Shown here piece after piece: positions 50,003-62,116 of a DNA stretch of 64,000 bases; positions within the stretch are counted from its first letter, which is position 1, and each line of letters opens with the position of its first letter. The notes under the pieces were generated by a model. That model saw only the letters and a list, made by a program, of their open reading frames with translations, was not told the DNA's origin and did not search any database. The stretch is from Escherichia coli (GTDB taxonomy: Bacteria; Pseudomonadota; Gammaproteobacteria; Enterobacterales; Enterobacteriaceae). The position numbers and the translations under genes are program-made. Where the stretch lies: assembly GCF_030384885.1 (NCBI RefSeq), contig NZ_CP128613.1. One strand, given 5' to 3'.

Positions 50003-51003
50003 ACCGCCTCCCGTTGTTGACGATACTTCGCCAGCGCTGTGGCATAGCGGTTGAAATCAAGCTGATTTACCGCATCCAGTTCCGCCTTTAACGCAGGATC
50101 GATAGCGTTAACGCCATGCAACGCGCCGCAAATTGCCGTCGCCATAGCACCGATGGTGTCTGTGTCGCCGCCAAGGTTAGCGCACAGGACGGCGCAACGG
50201 TTCGGGTCGGTTTGTGCCAGTTCAACCAGCGCAATGGCGCACGGAACGGACTCAATAGTGCTGGTACCTGCGCCAATGACCTGGTAAAGCTGTTCGCTGG
50301 CGGATTCGGTGCCGTCGGCATTGCGCACAATTTTCAGCGCAATCTCCAGGCGTGCCGCCAGTGAGGCGCTGAAGGTGGTGATGCGTTTTTGCTGTGCATG
50401 TCGCGCAATCGAGGGTAGAGAATCAACAATCGCTGACCAGCTTTCTCCGTCAATGGCACGGGAAATCGCCCATGCGATGACTACCGCACCTGCAACCGCC
50501 AGATCGGATTTATGGGTCGGGCTGGACGCCAGCGCCACATCATCAATAAAGGAATCAACATCGCGCGCCGGAAGCAAACAACCTAATGGCGAGACGCGCA
50601 TCGCTGCGCCGTTGGTCACGCCATTGTTTTCCAGTTCAGCAACGGGTTTACCGTCGCGAATGGCGTTGAGAGCAATCTTCGAGGTCGGACCTAGTACGTT
50701 TTTGTTAAAGGCGTCGAAACGCAGCGCCCAGTCGAGAATATTACGCCCAATCAGATCCGGATCGATCTCGCCTTCACGTTCCAGTAACGCATCCGCCAGA
50801 CACAGCGCCATTGAGGTATCGTCGGTGAATTCGGCGCGGTTAAAATAACAGGCCGCGTTATTCTCCTTTGGGCCAGGCAAAAAACGGTCAATCCAGCCAA
50901 AGTGTGCTTTAACGCGGCTGCGTGGCCAAAGCTCGGACGGCATCCCCATCGCATCCCCTAACGCCTGCCCGTAAAGAGCACCGAGAATACGTTCTGTTTT
51001 CAT
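49999..51003 (-). CDS. yegU: ADP-ribosylglycohydrolase-family protein YegU
   Basis: 334 aa; 4-nt overlaps with yegT and yegV. Confidence 0.85.
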   Translation of the reverse strand: MKTERILGALYGQALGDAMGMPSELWPRSRVKAHFGWIDRFLPGPKENNAACYFNRAEFTDDTSMALCLADALLEREGEIDPDLIGRNILDWALRFDAFNKNVLGPTSKIALNAIRDGKPVAELENNGVTNGAAMRVSPLGCLLPARDVDSFIDDVALASSPTHKSDLAVAGAVVIAWAISRAIDGESWSAIVDSLPSIARHAQQKRITTFSASLAARLEIALKIVRNADGTESASEQLYQVIGAGTSTIESVPCAIALVELAQTDPNRCAVLCANLGGDTDTIGAMATAICGALHGVNAIDPALKAELDAVNQLDFNRYATALAKYRQQREAV

Positions 51004-52277
51004 TTAACTTCCCCTTGTGTCAACGCAATATCGCGATCATCGACCTTGATAGCCGTAATTTCGTTGTCGGATTCGCGGAAAAAAATCATGAACAGCACGG
51101 CGATAATGGCAATCATCACCGCGCCGAAAGTCCACATCCCGGACCAGTTGAAAGTCAGTCCGTTTACCGGTTCCGGATAAGCGAACATCTTTTCCATCAT
51201 CACACCGCCAAGACGATAGCCGAGCAAACTGCCGAATCCCTGGCAGCAGAGCGTGATCAGCCCCTGCGCAGCGGTACGCATATGCACGGGGGCTTTTTTA
51301 TCGACATAGATGTAAGCGGTAACGTAGTAAAAATCGTAACTTACTCCATGCAGCAAAATGCCGAGGAACAGTAACGCGTAGGTGAAATATTCATCCGCAC
51401 TACCGTAAATAAAGAAGCCATAGCGGATCGCAGCGGTGACCAGACCAAGTAATAATACCTTTTTGATACCAAAGCGTTTGGTAAAAAACGGCAATGCCAG
51501 CATAAAGAAGATTTCAGAGAACTGGCCGAGCGTCATCCAGCCGGTGGCATTTTTCATGCCGACTTCGGTCAGATAACCGTTGGCAAAGATGTAATAGAAC
51601 GCCAACGGCATCGCAAACAGGAATGAACAGAAGAAAAAGACGAGGAAGTTTTTATCGCGCAGCAGGATCAGCGCATCCAGTCCGAGCATGACTTTAATGT
51701 CCATTTTGCCGGTGCTTTTTGGCGGCGTGTCAGGCAGGAAAAACGCAAACACACCGAGCAGAGCAGAACTTCCGGCGGTAATCAGCAGCGGGATGTTAGT
51801 CGGAGAGATATCGGCATAACCCAGCATTTGCGGCAAGAATCCACATGCCAGACCGGAGGCAATCCAGCCGATAGTGCCCATCACACGAATGCGTGGGAAA
51901 TCACGCTCCACATCCGGCACGTTGGCAAAAGCGATACTGTTAGTCAGCGCAATGGTCGGCATATAGGTTAGCGAGTAGGCCAGCAGTAACGGGAAGAAGC
52001 CGGCAAAAGTGGTCTGTTGCGCAGCGAAATACATCAGCGCCGCACCAGCGAACATCAATACCGCCAGCACTTTCTGCGCCGAGAAAAAGCGGTCAGTGAT
52101 GGAGCCAACCAGAATTGGCGACAGGATCGCTGCAATGGCGGTACAGGCATACGACCAACCAATTTCTCCGGCACTAAAACCGCTTTTACTTAACCACAAC
52201 CACAATGGCACAAACCACGCGCCCCAGATAAACCATTCAACAAACATCATGAACGACAGCTTTGCTGTTGTTTTCAT
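51000..52277 (-). CDS. yegT: Nucleoside:H+ symporter-family transporter YegT
   Basis: 425 aa, 12-TM MFS-like. Confidence 0.85.
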   Translation of the reverse strand: MKTTAKLSFMMFVEWFIWGAWFVPLWLWLSKSGFSAGEIGWSYACTAIAAILSPILVGSITDRFFSAQKVLAVLMFAGAALMYFAAQQTTFAGFFPLLLAYSLTYMPTIALTNSIAFANVPDVERDFPRIRVMGTIGWIASGLACGFLPQMLGYADISPTNIPLLITAGSSALLGVFAFFLPDTPPKSTGKMDIKVMLGLDALILLRDKNFLVFFFCSFLFAMPLAFYYIFANGYLTEVGMKNATGWMTLGQFSEIFFMLALPFFTKRFGIKKVLLLGLVTAAIRYGFFIYGSADEYFTYALLFLGILLHGVSYDFYYVTAYIYVDKKAPVHMRTAAQGLITLCCQGFGSLLGYRLGGVMMEKMFAYPEPVNGLTFNWSGMWTFGAVMIAIIAVLFMIFFRESDNEITAIKVDDRDIALTQGEVK

Positions 52278-52533
52278 CTTTTAATTCCTTCATGACAGGT
52301 AATGTAAGGTACGCGATGACAATACCATTTAATAATACCTTTTAAATACCTTTGTGGTGAAAAATTGACCGCGGTAACATTTTTTCTGATGAATCGAGCC
52401 AACAGAAAACGCTGAAAAAACATCCAAAAGATGGAAAAACTCGCCTGTAACGACCAGGATTATGATTGCCCGCAAAAGGCGGGCCAGGACAATCCATAGC
52501 CGATATCCAATCGGAATTTACGGGAGCATAGTA

Positions 52534-53586
52534 ATGACAGATATTGCGCAGTTGCTTGGCAAAGACGCCGACAACCTTTTACAGCACCGTTGTATGACTA
52601 TTCCTTCTGACCAGCTTTATCTCCCCGGACATGACTACGTAGACCGCGTGATGATTGACAATAATCGCCCGCCAGCGGTGTTACGTAATATGCAGACGTT
52701 GTACAACACTGGGCGTCTGGCTGGCACAGGATATCTTTCTATTCTGCCGGTTGACCAGGGCGTTGAGCACTCTGCCGGAGCTTCATTTGCCGCTAACCCG
52801 CTCTACTTTGACCCGAAAAACATTGTTGAACTGGCGATCGAAGCGGGCTGTAACTGTGTGGCGTCAACCTACGGCGTGCTGGCATCGGTATCGCGGCGTT
52901 ACGCGCATCGCATTCCATTCCTCGTCAAACTTAATCACAACGAGACGCTAAGTTACCCGAATACCTACGATCAAACGCTGTATGCCAGCGTGGAGCAGGC
53001 GTTCAACATGGGCGCGGTGGCGGTTGGGGCGACTATCTATTTTGGCTCGGAAGAGTCACGTCGCCAGATTGAAGAAATTTCTGCGGCCTTTGAACGCGCG
53101 CATGAGCTGGGCATGGTGACCGTGCTGTGGGCCTATTTGCGTAACTCCGCCTTTAAGAAAGATGGCGTTGATTACCATGTTTCCGCCGACCTGACAGGTC
53201 AGGCGAACCATCTGGCGGCAACCATAGGTGCAGATATCGTCAAACAAAAAATGGCGGAAAATAACGGCGGTTATAAAGCGATTAATTACGGTTATACCGA
53301 CGATCGCGTGTACAGCAAGTTGACCAGCGAAAACCCGATTGATCTGGTGCGTTATCAGTTAGCTAACTGCTATATGGGCCGGGCAGGGTTGATAAACTCC
53401 GGCGGTGCTGCAGGCGGTGAAACTGACCTCAGCGATGCAGTGCGTACTGCGGTCATCAACAAACGCGCTGGCGGAATGGGGCTGATTCTTGGACGTAAGG
53501 CGTTCAAGAAATCGATGGCTGACGGCGTGAAACTGATTAACGCCGTGCAGGACGTTTATCTCGATAGCAAAATTACTATCGCCTGA
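52534..53586 (+). CDS. fbaB: Class I fructose-bisphosphate aldolase
   Basis: ORF 52462-53586; ATG at 52534 gives 350 aa beginning [32 protein letters not shown]. Confidence 0.93.
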
Positions 53587-53609
53587 TACGCCTCATACGA
53601 ACAGCACTA

Positions 53610-53648
53610 CCCCGTAGGGCGGATAAGGCGTTCGCGCCGCATCTGACA
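53610..53648. repeat. REP element
   Basis: ccccgtagggcggataaggcgttcgcgccgcatctgaca. Confidence 0.8.
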
Positions 53649-53671
53649 TAAAACAACGTGCACTTTGTTAC

Positions 53672-53698
53672 GGCTTCCCCCGGGAGGCCGTTTTTATT
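53672..53698 (+). terminator. Putative intrinsic terminator after fbaB
   Basis: ggcttcccccgggaggcc hairpin followed by gtttttatt. Confidence 0.55.
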
Positions 53699-53801
53699 GC
53701 CTGTCATTCTGGATTGATTTTCATATTGTCTTTTTTGTGATCGATATCGCGACATTTGGAAACAAAAAATTTCATTATATTTTGAAATCGAAAATAAATA
53801 A

Positions 53802-55959
<2,158 letters not shown>

Positions 55960-55968
55960 GGACGGTAT

Positions 55969-56418
55969 ATGACTAACCTGTTTGTTCGTAGCGGAATTTC
56001 TTTTGTCGATCGTAGCGAAGTTTTAACCCATATCGGTAATGAGATGATCGCGAAAGGTGTGGTTCATGAAACCTGGCCACAGGCATTAATTGCCAGAGAA
56101 GCAGAATTCCCCACCGGGATAATGCTTGAACAGCACGCCATTGCAATACCGCATTGTGAGGCGATTCATGCTAAGTCGTCAGCCATTTATCTGTTAAGAC
56201 CGGCGAATAAAATAAAGTTTCAGCAAGCTGATGATGATAACGACGTGGCGGTGTCGTTGATTATCGCGCTGATTGTCGAAAATCCGCAGCAGCAACTGAA
56301 GCTTTTGCGGTGCTTATTTGGCAAGTTGCAGCAACCAGATATCGTTGAAACGCTAATCACCATTTCTGAATCGCAATTAAAGGAATATTTCACACAGCAT
56401 ATTTTAGATTCCGAATAA
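55969..56418 (+). CDS. gatA: Galactitol PTS enzyme IIA
   Basis: 149 aa PTS IIA-like. Confidence 0.9.
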   Translation: MTNLFVRSGISFVDRSEVLTHIGNEMIAKGVVHETWPQALIAREAEFPTGIMLEQHAIAIPHCEAIHAKSSAIYLLRPANKIKFQQADDDNDVAVSLIIALIVENPQQQLKLLRCLFGKLQQPDIVETLITISESQLKEYFTQHILDSE

Positions 56419-56452
56419 CCAAAAACCTCTGTACCAATAAAAAGGATTGATT

Positions 56453-56737
56453 ATGAAACGCAAGATTATTGTCGCTTGCGGAGGCGCGGTTGCGACCTCT
56501 ACGATGGCGGCGGAAGAAATTAAAGAGTTGTGCCATAGCCATAATATCCCCGTTGAAGTAATCCAGTGTCGGGTTAATGAAATAGAAACCTATATGGATG
56601 GTGTACATCTTATTTGTACTACCGCCAGAGTTGACCGCAGTTTTGGCGATATTCCGTTAGTTCACGGCATGCCTTTTGTTTCTGGTGTCGGTATCGAAGC
56701 ATTACAAAATAAAATTCTGACTATCTTACAGGGGTGA
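56453..56737 (+). CDS. gatB: Galactitol PTS enzyme IIB
   Basis: 94 aa from ATG 56453 ([16 protein letters not shown]; active-site Cys). Confidence 0.9.
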   Translation: MKRKIIVACGGAVATSTMAAEEIKELCHSHNIPVEVIQCRVNEIETYMDGVHLICTTARVDRSFGDIPLVHGMPFVSGVGIEALQNKILTILQG

Positions 56738-56740
56738 CCT

Positions 56741-58096
56741 ATGTTTTCAGAAGTCATGCGTTATATTCTCGACCTCGGCCCTACGGTCATGTTGCCGATT
56801 GTCATCATTATTTTTTCTAAGATATTAGGCATGAAGGCAGGCGATTGCTTTAAAGCGGGTCTGCATATCGGGATTGGCTTTGTTGGCATCGGCCTGGTGA
56901 TTGGCTTAATGCTGGATTCCATTGGCCCGGCGGCGAAAGCGATGGCGGAAAATTTCGACCTGAATCTGCATGTGGTCGATGTCGGCTGGCCGGGCTCTTC
57001 ACCAATGACCTGGGCGTCGCAAATTGCGCTGGTGGCGATTCCGATTGCGATTCTGGTTAACGTGGCGATGCTACTGACCCGTATGACGCGGGTGGTAAAT
57101 GTTGATATATGGAATATCTGGCATATGACCTTCACCGGCGCATTGCTGCATCTGGCAACCGGTTCATGGATGATAGGGATGGCGGGTGTGGTAATTCACG
57201 CGGCGTTTGTTTATAAGCTCGGCGACTGGTTTGCCCGCGATACCCGAAATTTCTTTGAGCTGGAAGGCATTGCTATTCCGCACGGTACGTCGGCGTATCT
57301 GGGGCCAATTGCGGTGCTGGTGGATGCTATCATCGAGAAAATCCCAGGCGTTAACCGTATTAAATTTAGCGCCGACGATATTCAGCGCAAATTTGGCCCA
57401 TTTGGCGAACCTGTCACTGTGGGCTTTGTTATGGGGCTGATTATCGGCATCCTCGCGGGTTACGATGTCAAAGGTGTATTGCAGCTGGCGGTAAAAACGG
57501 CGGCAGTTATGCTGCTGATGCCACGGGTGATTAAACCCATCATGGATGGTTTAACGCCCATCGCTAAGCAGGCCCGTAGTCGTTTACAGGCGAAGTTCGG
57601 CGGTCAGGAGTTCCTGATTGGCCTTGATCCGGCGTTGCTGCTGGGGCATACGGCGGTGGTATCGGCAAGCCTGATTTTTATCCCGCTCACCATTTTAATT
57701 GCTGTTTGTGTTCCGGGTAATCAGGTACTGCCGTTTGGCGACCTTGCCACCATCGGCTTCTTTGTTGCGATGGCAGTTGCCGTGCATCGTGGAAATCTGT
57801 TCCGCACCTTAATCTCGGGTGTCATCATTATGAGCATCACCCTGTGGATCGCGACGCAAACTATTGGTTTGCACACCCAACTGGCGGCTAATGCTGGGGC
57901 GTTAAAAGCCGGGGGCATGGTGGCTTCAATGGATCAGGGCGGTTCTCCCATTACCTGGTTACTGATTCAGGTTTTCTCCCCGCAAAATATTCCCGGTTTC
58001 ATTATTATCGGTGCCATTTATCTTACCGGTATTTTCATGACCTGGCGTAGAGCGCGCGGCTTTATTAAACAAGAGAAAGCCGTTCTCGCAGAATAA
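56741..58096 (+). CDS. gatC: Galactitol PTS enzyme IIC
   Basis: 451 aa multi-TM. Confidence 0.93.
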   Translation: MFSEVMRYILDLGPTVMLPIVIIIFSKILGMKAGDCFKAGLHIGIGFVGIGLVIGLMLDSIGPAAKAMAENFDLNLHVVDVGWPGSSPMTWASQIALVAIPIAILVNVAMLLTRMTRVVNVDIWNIWHMTFTGALLHLATGSWMIGMAGVVIHAAFVYKLGDWFARDTRNFFELEGIAIPHGTSAYLGPIAVLVDAIIEKIPGVNRIKFSADDIQRKFGPFGEPVTVGFVMGLIIGILAGYDVKGVLQLAVKTAAVMLLMPRVIKPIMDGLTPIAKQARSRLQAKFGGQEFLIGLDPALLLGHTAVVSASLIFIPLTILIAVCVPGNQVLPFGDLATIGFFVAMAVAVHRGNLFRTLISGVIIMSITLWIATQTIGLHTQLAANAGALKAGGMVASMDQGGSPITWLLIQVFSPQNIPGFIIIGAIYLTGIFMTWRRARGFIKQEKAVLAE

Positions 58097-58143
58097 TTTT
58101 TACCTGAGGGGGAGTTTATCCCCCTTAATAATCAGGAGTTTTT

Positions 58144-59184
58144 ATGAAATCAGTGGTGAATGATACTGATGGTATCGTACGCGTTGCCCAACGAGTCATT
58201 CCTGAAATTAAACATCAGGATGAGGTGCGGGTAAAAATTGCCAGCTCGGGATTATGTGGTTCCGATTTACCCAGAATTTTTAAAAATGGTGCACATTATT
58301 ATCCAATAACGTTAGGCCATGAATTTAGCGGCTATATTGATGCTGTGGGATCCGGTGTTGATGATTTACATCCTGGCGATGCGGTTGCCTGTGTGCCGTT
58401 ATTACCCTGTTTTACTTGTCCAGAGTGTCTGAAAGGGTTTTATTCCCAGTGCGCAAAATATGATTTTATTGGCTCACGGCGTGATGGTGGGTTTGCCGAA
58501 TATATTGTCGTTAAGCGGAAAAATGTCTTTGCTCTACCTGCGCATATGCCTATTGAGGATGGGGCTTTTATTGAACCGATTACCGTTGGCCTGCATGCTT
58601 TCCATTTAGCGCAAGGTTGTGAGAATAAAAACGTTATTATTATTGGTGCCGGAACCATTGGCCTGCTGGCCATTCAGTGCGCTGTCGCGCTGGGAGCAAA
58701 GAGTGTGACGGCTATCGACATTAGCTCAGAAAAACTGGCACTGGCAAAATCTTTCGGTGCGATGCAAACATTTAACAGCCTTGAAATGAGCGCGCCGCAA
58801 ATGCAGCCCGTTTTACGCGAGCTGCGCTTTAATCAGCTTATCCTCGAGACGGCTGGCGTCCCGCAAACCGTCGAACTGGCGGTAGAGATTGCCGGGCCTC
58901 ATGCCCAGCTGGCGCTGGTGGGCACGTTGCATCAGGATCTGCATTTAACATCGACAACGTTTGGCAAAATATTACGTAAAGAGCTGACGGTTATCGGCAG
59001 TTGGATGAACTACTCCAGCCCTTGGCCGGGGCAGGAGTGGGAAACGGCGAGCCGGTTGCTGACAGAACGTAAGTTAAGCCTGGAGCCATTAATCGCTCAC
59101 CGTGGAAGCTTTGAAAGCTTCGCCCAGGCGGTGCGTGACATCGCTCGTAATGCTATGCCGGGCAAAGTGTTGCTTATTCCCTGA
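58144..59184 (+). CDS. gatD: Galactitol-1-phosphate 5-dehydrogenase (Zn-dependent)
   Basis: 346 aa; MDR family with Zn-binding Cys/His motifs (GHEFSG, CxxCxxC). Confidence 0.93.
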   Translation: MKSVVNDTDGIVRVAQRVIPEIKHQDEVRVKIASSGLCGSDLPRIFKNGAHYYPITLGHEFSGYIDAVGSGVDDLHPGDAVACVPLLPCFTCPECLKGFYSQCAKYDFIGSRRDGGFAEYIVVKRKNVFALPAHMPIEDGAFIEPITVGLHAFHLAQGCENKNVIIIGAGTIGLLAIQCAVALGAKSVTAIDISSEKLALAKSFGAMQTFNSLEMSAPQMQPVLRELRFNQLILETAGVPQTVELAVEIAGPHAQLALVGTLHQDLHLTSTTFGKILRKELTVIGSWMNYSSPWPGQEWETASRLLTERKLSLEPLIAHRGSFESFAQAVRDIARNAMPGKVLLIP

Positions 59185-59289
59185 AACCGCGGGCCAGCGT
59201 GATGCTGGCCCGGTATTGTGCAAAACAGATCATTCACCAATGGTCCCCCTTCGTTTACACTAGCCACAATTGAATATGGGTAAATGACG

Positions 59290-60063
59290 ATGAATTCATT
59301 CGAGCGAAGGAATAAGATCATCCAATTAGTGAATGAACAGGGAACCGTGCTTGTTCAGGATCTGGCGGGAGTATTTGCTGCCTCGGAAGCGACAATCCGT
59401 GCCGATTTGCGCTTTCTCGAACAAAAAGGCGTGGTTACGCGCTTTCATGGCGGTGCGGCGAAAATAATGTCCGGTAATAGTGAAACCGAGACCCAGGAAG
59501 TCGGGTTTAAAGAGCGATTTCAGCTCGCCAGCGCACCGAAAAACAGAATAGCGCAGGCGGCAGTCAAAATGATCCACGAAGGGATGACCGTTATTCTCGA
59601 CAGCGGAAGTACGACAATGCTTATCGCCGAAGGTTTAATGACCGCCAAAAATATCACGGTGATTACCAACAGTCTCCCGGCGGCGTTTGCCCTTTCCGAA
59701 AATAAAGACATTACTCTGGTCGTCTGTGGTGGCACGGTCCGCCATAAAACGCGCTCGATGCATGGCTCCATTGCCGAGCGTTCATTGCAGGATATTAATG
59801 CCGATTTAATGTTTGTCGGTGCTGATGGTATTGATGCGGTTAATGGTATTACGACCTTTAATGAAGGTTATTCGATTAGCGGTGCGATGGTCACAGCCGC
59901 TAATAAAGTGATTGCCGTTCTCGATTCATCGAAATTTAACCGTCGCGGTTTTAATCAGGTACTACCAATCGAAAAAATTGACATTATTATTACCGATGAT
60001 GCCGTGTCAGAGGTGGATAAACTGGCATTGCAGAAGACACGGGTGAAATTAATTACGGTGTAG
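59290..60063 (+). CDS. gatR: DeoR-family repressor of the gat operon (intact)
   Basis: 257 aa from ATG 59290 (alternative start 59284); DeoR HTH N-terminus; uninterrupted reading frame. Confidence 0.88.
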   Translation: MNSFERRNKIIQLVNEQGTVLVQDLAGVFAASEATIRADLRFLEQKGVVTRFHGGAAKIMSGNSETETQEVGFKERFQLASAPKNRIAQAAVKMIHEGMTVILDSGSTTMLIAEGLMTAKNITVITNSLPAAFALSENKDITLVVCGGTVRHKTRSMHGSIAERSLQDINADLMFVGADGIDAVNGITTFNEGYSISGAMVTAANKVIAVLDSSKFNRRGFNQVLPIEKIDIIITDDAVSEVDKLALQKTRVKLITV

Positions 60064-60144
60064 CATTGTTCTTTATGCCGGATAAGGTGTGTACACCGAA
60101 TCCGGCATCACTGATACTCCCTGAATTAAGAAAGAGAAATTTGA

Positions 60145-61044
60145 TTAACGCAATAATGGACAATCCGGTGGTAATCGACAGCGCAATGCTGCCGGAAGTA
60201 TTTCAATATGAAAGTTTTGTCCACTCAACGGTTCGCCATCAAGATTAAAGGTAATTTCGTGTGGCGCTTGTATATCGAACCACGCCGAAGCACCTTCGAT
60301 AATATTCGGGTTATCTTCGTCAGATTTTAAGGTTGATACGAGAGCCGGAAGAATTTCATCGCCGGTGAAAATGCGCAGTTGCAGTAAGCCGTCGTTAATT
60401 AATGCGTTCGGGCACAATTGCTGACCGCCACCTGCCTGACGGCCGTTACCAATACCAATGACTAGTGCGTCACCTTGCCAGTGAAAGTTTTCACCGCGGA
60501 TTTCACAACGGTCCGGTTGCAGTGTATCCATGCGCATTAAGCCGTGAATGATGTAAGAGACGCCACCCAGCGCTGCTTTTAATTTTTCCGGCGTTTCTGT
60601 GGTAATACGTGTCCCAAACCCACCCGTTGCCATATTAATAAAACAGGTTTGTTTGTTGACCTGCGCCATATCAATCGCAATAGCGTCACCAGCAATTGCT
60701 TGTTTCAGCGCCTTATCCAGTGCCTCAGGAATCCCTACACTGGTGGCAAAATCATTGGCGGTTCCTAATGGCAAAATTCCCAGCGCGGGTATGTCATCCC
60801 CCTCACACTGAATCAACGCCGTAGAAACTTCATTAATGGTGCCATCGCCACCACCGGCAATCACCGTTGCGACGCCCAACTTCCGGGCCTCTTCTACAAA
60901 TCGGGCGGCATCGCCTTTCTCCCAGGTGACCCGCACATGGATCGTCATTCCTTCCTCGCGCAACAGCATAATTGCTTCGCGCAAGGGTTGATTGTCAGTA
61001 CTTTTGCCGTTAAGAATCAGTAAGCTGGCGGGAAATTCTGCCAT
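60145..61044 (-). CDS. yegS: Lipid kinase YegS (DAGK-like catalytic domain)
   Basis: 299 aa; GGDGT motif ([11 protein letters not shown]). Confidence 0.92.
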   Translation of the reverse strand: MAEFPASLLILNGKSTDNQPLREAIMLLREEGMTIHVRVTWEKGDAARFVEEARKLGVATVIAGGGDGTINEVSTALIQCEGDDIPALGILPLGTANDFATSVGIPEALDKALKQAIAGDAIAIDMAQVNKQTCFINMATGGFGTRITTETPEKLKAALGGVSYIIHGLMRMDTLQPDRCEIRGENFHWQGDALVIGIGNGRQAGGGQQLCPNALINDGLLQLRIFTGDEILPALVSTLKSDEDNPNIIEGASAWFDIQAPHEITFNLDGEPLSGQNFHIEILPAALRCRLPPDCPLLR

Positions 61045-61457
61045 AATCGTATGCCTTTATGATTGGTCTGTAGATAGTGTAGAGCAGAAAAGAAAAGGTG
61101 GAGTCAGAACAGGATGAAAATCGGAGGATAAAAAGTCAGTTCAAGTATGGGGGATTCAGTGGTTACCACCAGGAGCTTGCAATGGGGACAGTGAATGTTA
61201 ACGGTAGCCACCGATAAATTTCAAAAAAGAACATATACCTAATATTCAACTAAACAGTGGCATCTTCAATATCTTATTCTAAATATATTAAAGCCCTCAT
61301 GGGGGTACCTGGGAAGGGCCTTCATGTTTGTAATTCCTACTTATGTAGGAAATGTTGTACAGAACATTTATTATAATCCTATTCAATTATAATAATCATG
61401 CCATTATTATATTTAAACACCATAGCGTGTCGTTGGTATTTAATGGGGGAAGGTGAG

Positions 61458-61775
61458 ATGAAAAAGACAGCTGCTATATCATTAATTAGTGTTTTTCTTA
61501 TGTCTGGTTGTGCTGTGCATAATGATGAGACAAGTATCGGTAAATTCGGTCTTGCCTATAAAAGTAATATCCAGCGTAAACTCGATAACCAATACTACAC
61601 TGAAGCCGAAGCATCTTTAGCCAGGGGAAGAATATCTGGTGCGGAAAATATAGTGAAAAATGATGCAGCTAATTTCTGTGTTACTCAGGGCAAAAAAATG
61701 CAGATAGTTAACCTGAAGACTGAAGGGGCAGGATTACATGGCGTCGCGCGTCTGACATTCAAATGTGGAGAGTGA
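61458..61775 (+). CDS. yegR: Small lipoprotein YegR
   Basis: ATG at 61458 after SD; 105 aa beginning MKKTAAISLISVFLMSGCAV (lipobox). Confidence 0.8.
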   Translation: MKKTAAISLISVFLMSGCAVHNDETSIGKFGLAYKSNIQRKLDNQYYTEAEASLARGRISGAENIVKNDAANFCVTQGKKMQIVNLKTEGAGLHGVARLTFKCGE

Positions 61776-61945
61776 GAATATTTTTTTGTAAGCGTCAAAC
61801 ATGCGCGTTCTGGTTGTGCGTAGCCGGAGCCTGTACGAGCACGATGCCGTTAAGTGAAAGGCATCGTGCTATGAAGGGGGATTCTATCGATGTGGTCAAT
61901 GGAAGACGGTCACCTGGGATCAATCCGTCTCTATGGTTTATGCAT

Positions 61946-62032
61946 AAAAAATAAGCCCGTGTAAGGGAGATTACACAGGCTAAGGAGGTGGTTCCTGGTA
62001 CAGCTAGCATTTTATGGGTTATGTTTTTCAGC
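61946..62032 (-). ncRNA. cyaR: CyaR (RyeE) Hfq-dependent sRNA
   Basis: Minus strand reads GCTGAAAAACATAACCCATAAAATGCTAGCTGTACCAGGAACCACCTCCTTAGCCTGTGTAATCTCCCTTACACGGGCTTATTTTTT, matching CyaR including its terminator, as recalled. Confidence 0.9.
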
Positions 62033-62116
62033 GAAACGGATGATAACCTTAATAAATGCAGCTGTATGTGATCGGTTTCTAAGAATTTTCCATCCGGGAA
62101 AAATAATCGAAATTAA

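Noticed and set aside
61351-61368. Inverted repeat AATGTT-N6-AACATT upstream of yegR as a candidate operator
   Set aside because: Only 6-bp arms in an AT-rich region; expected by chance
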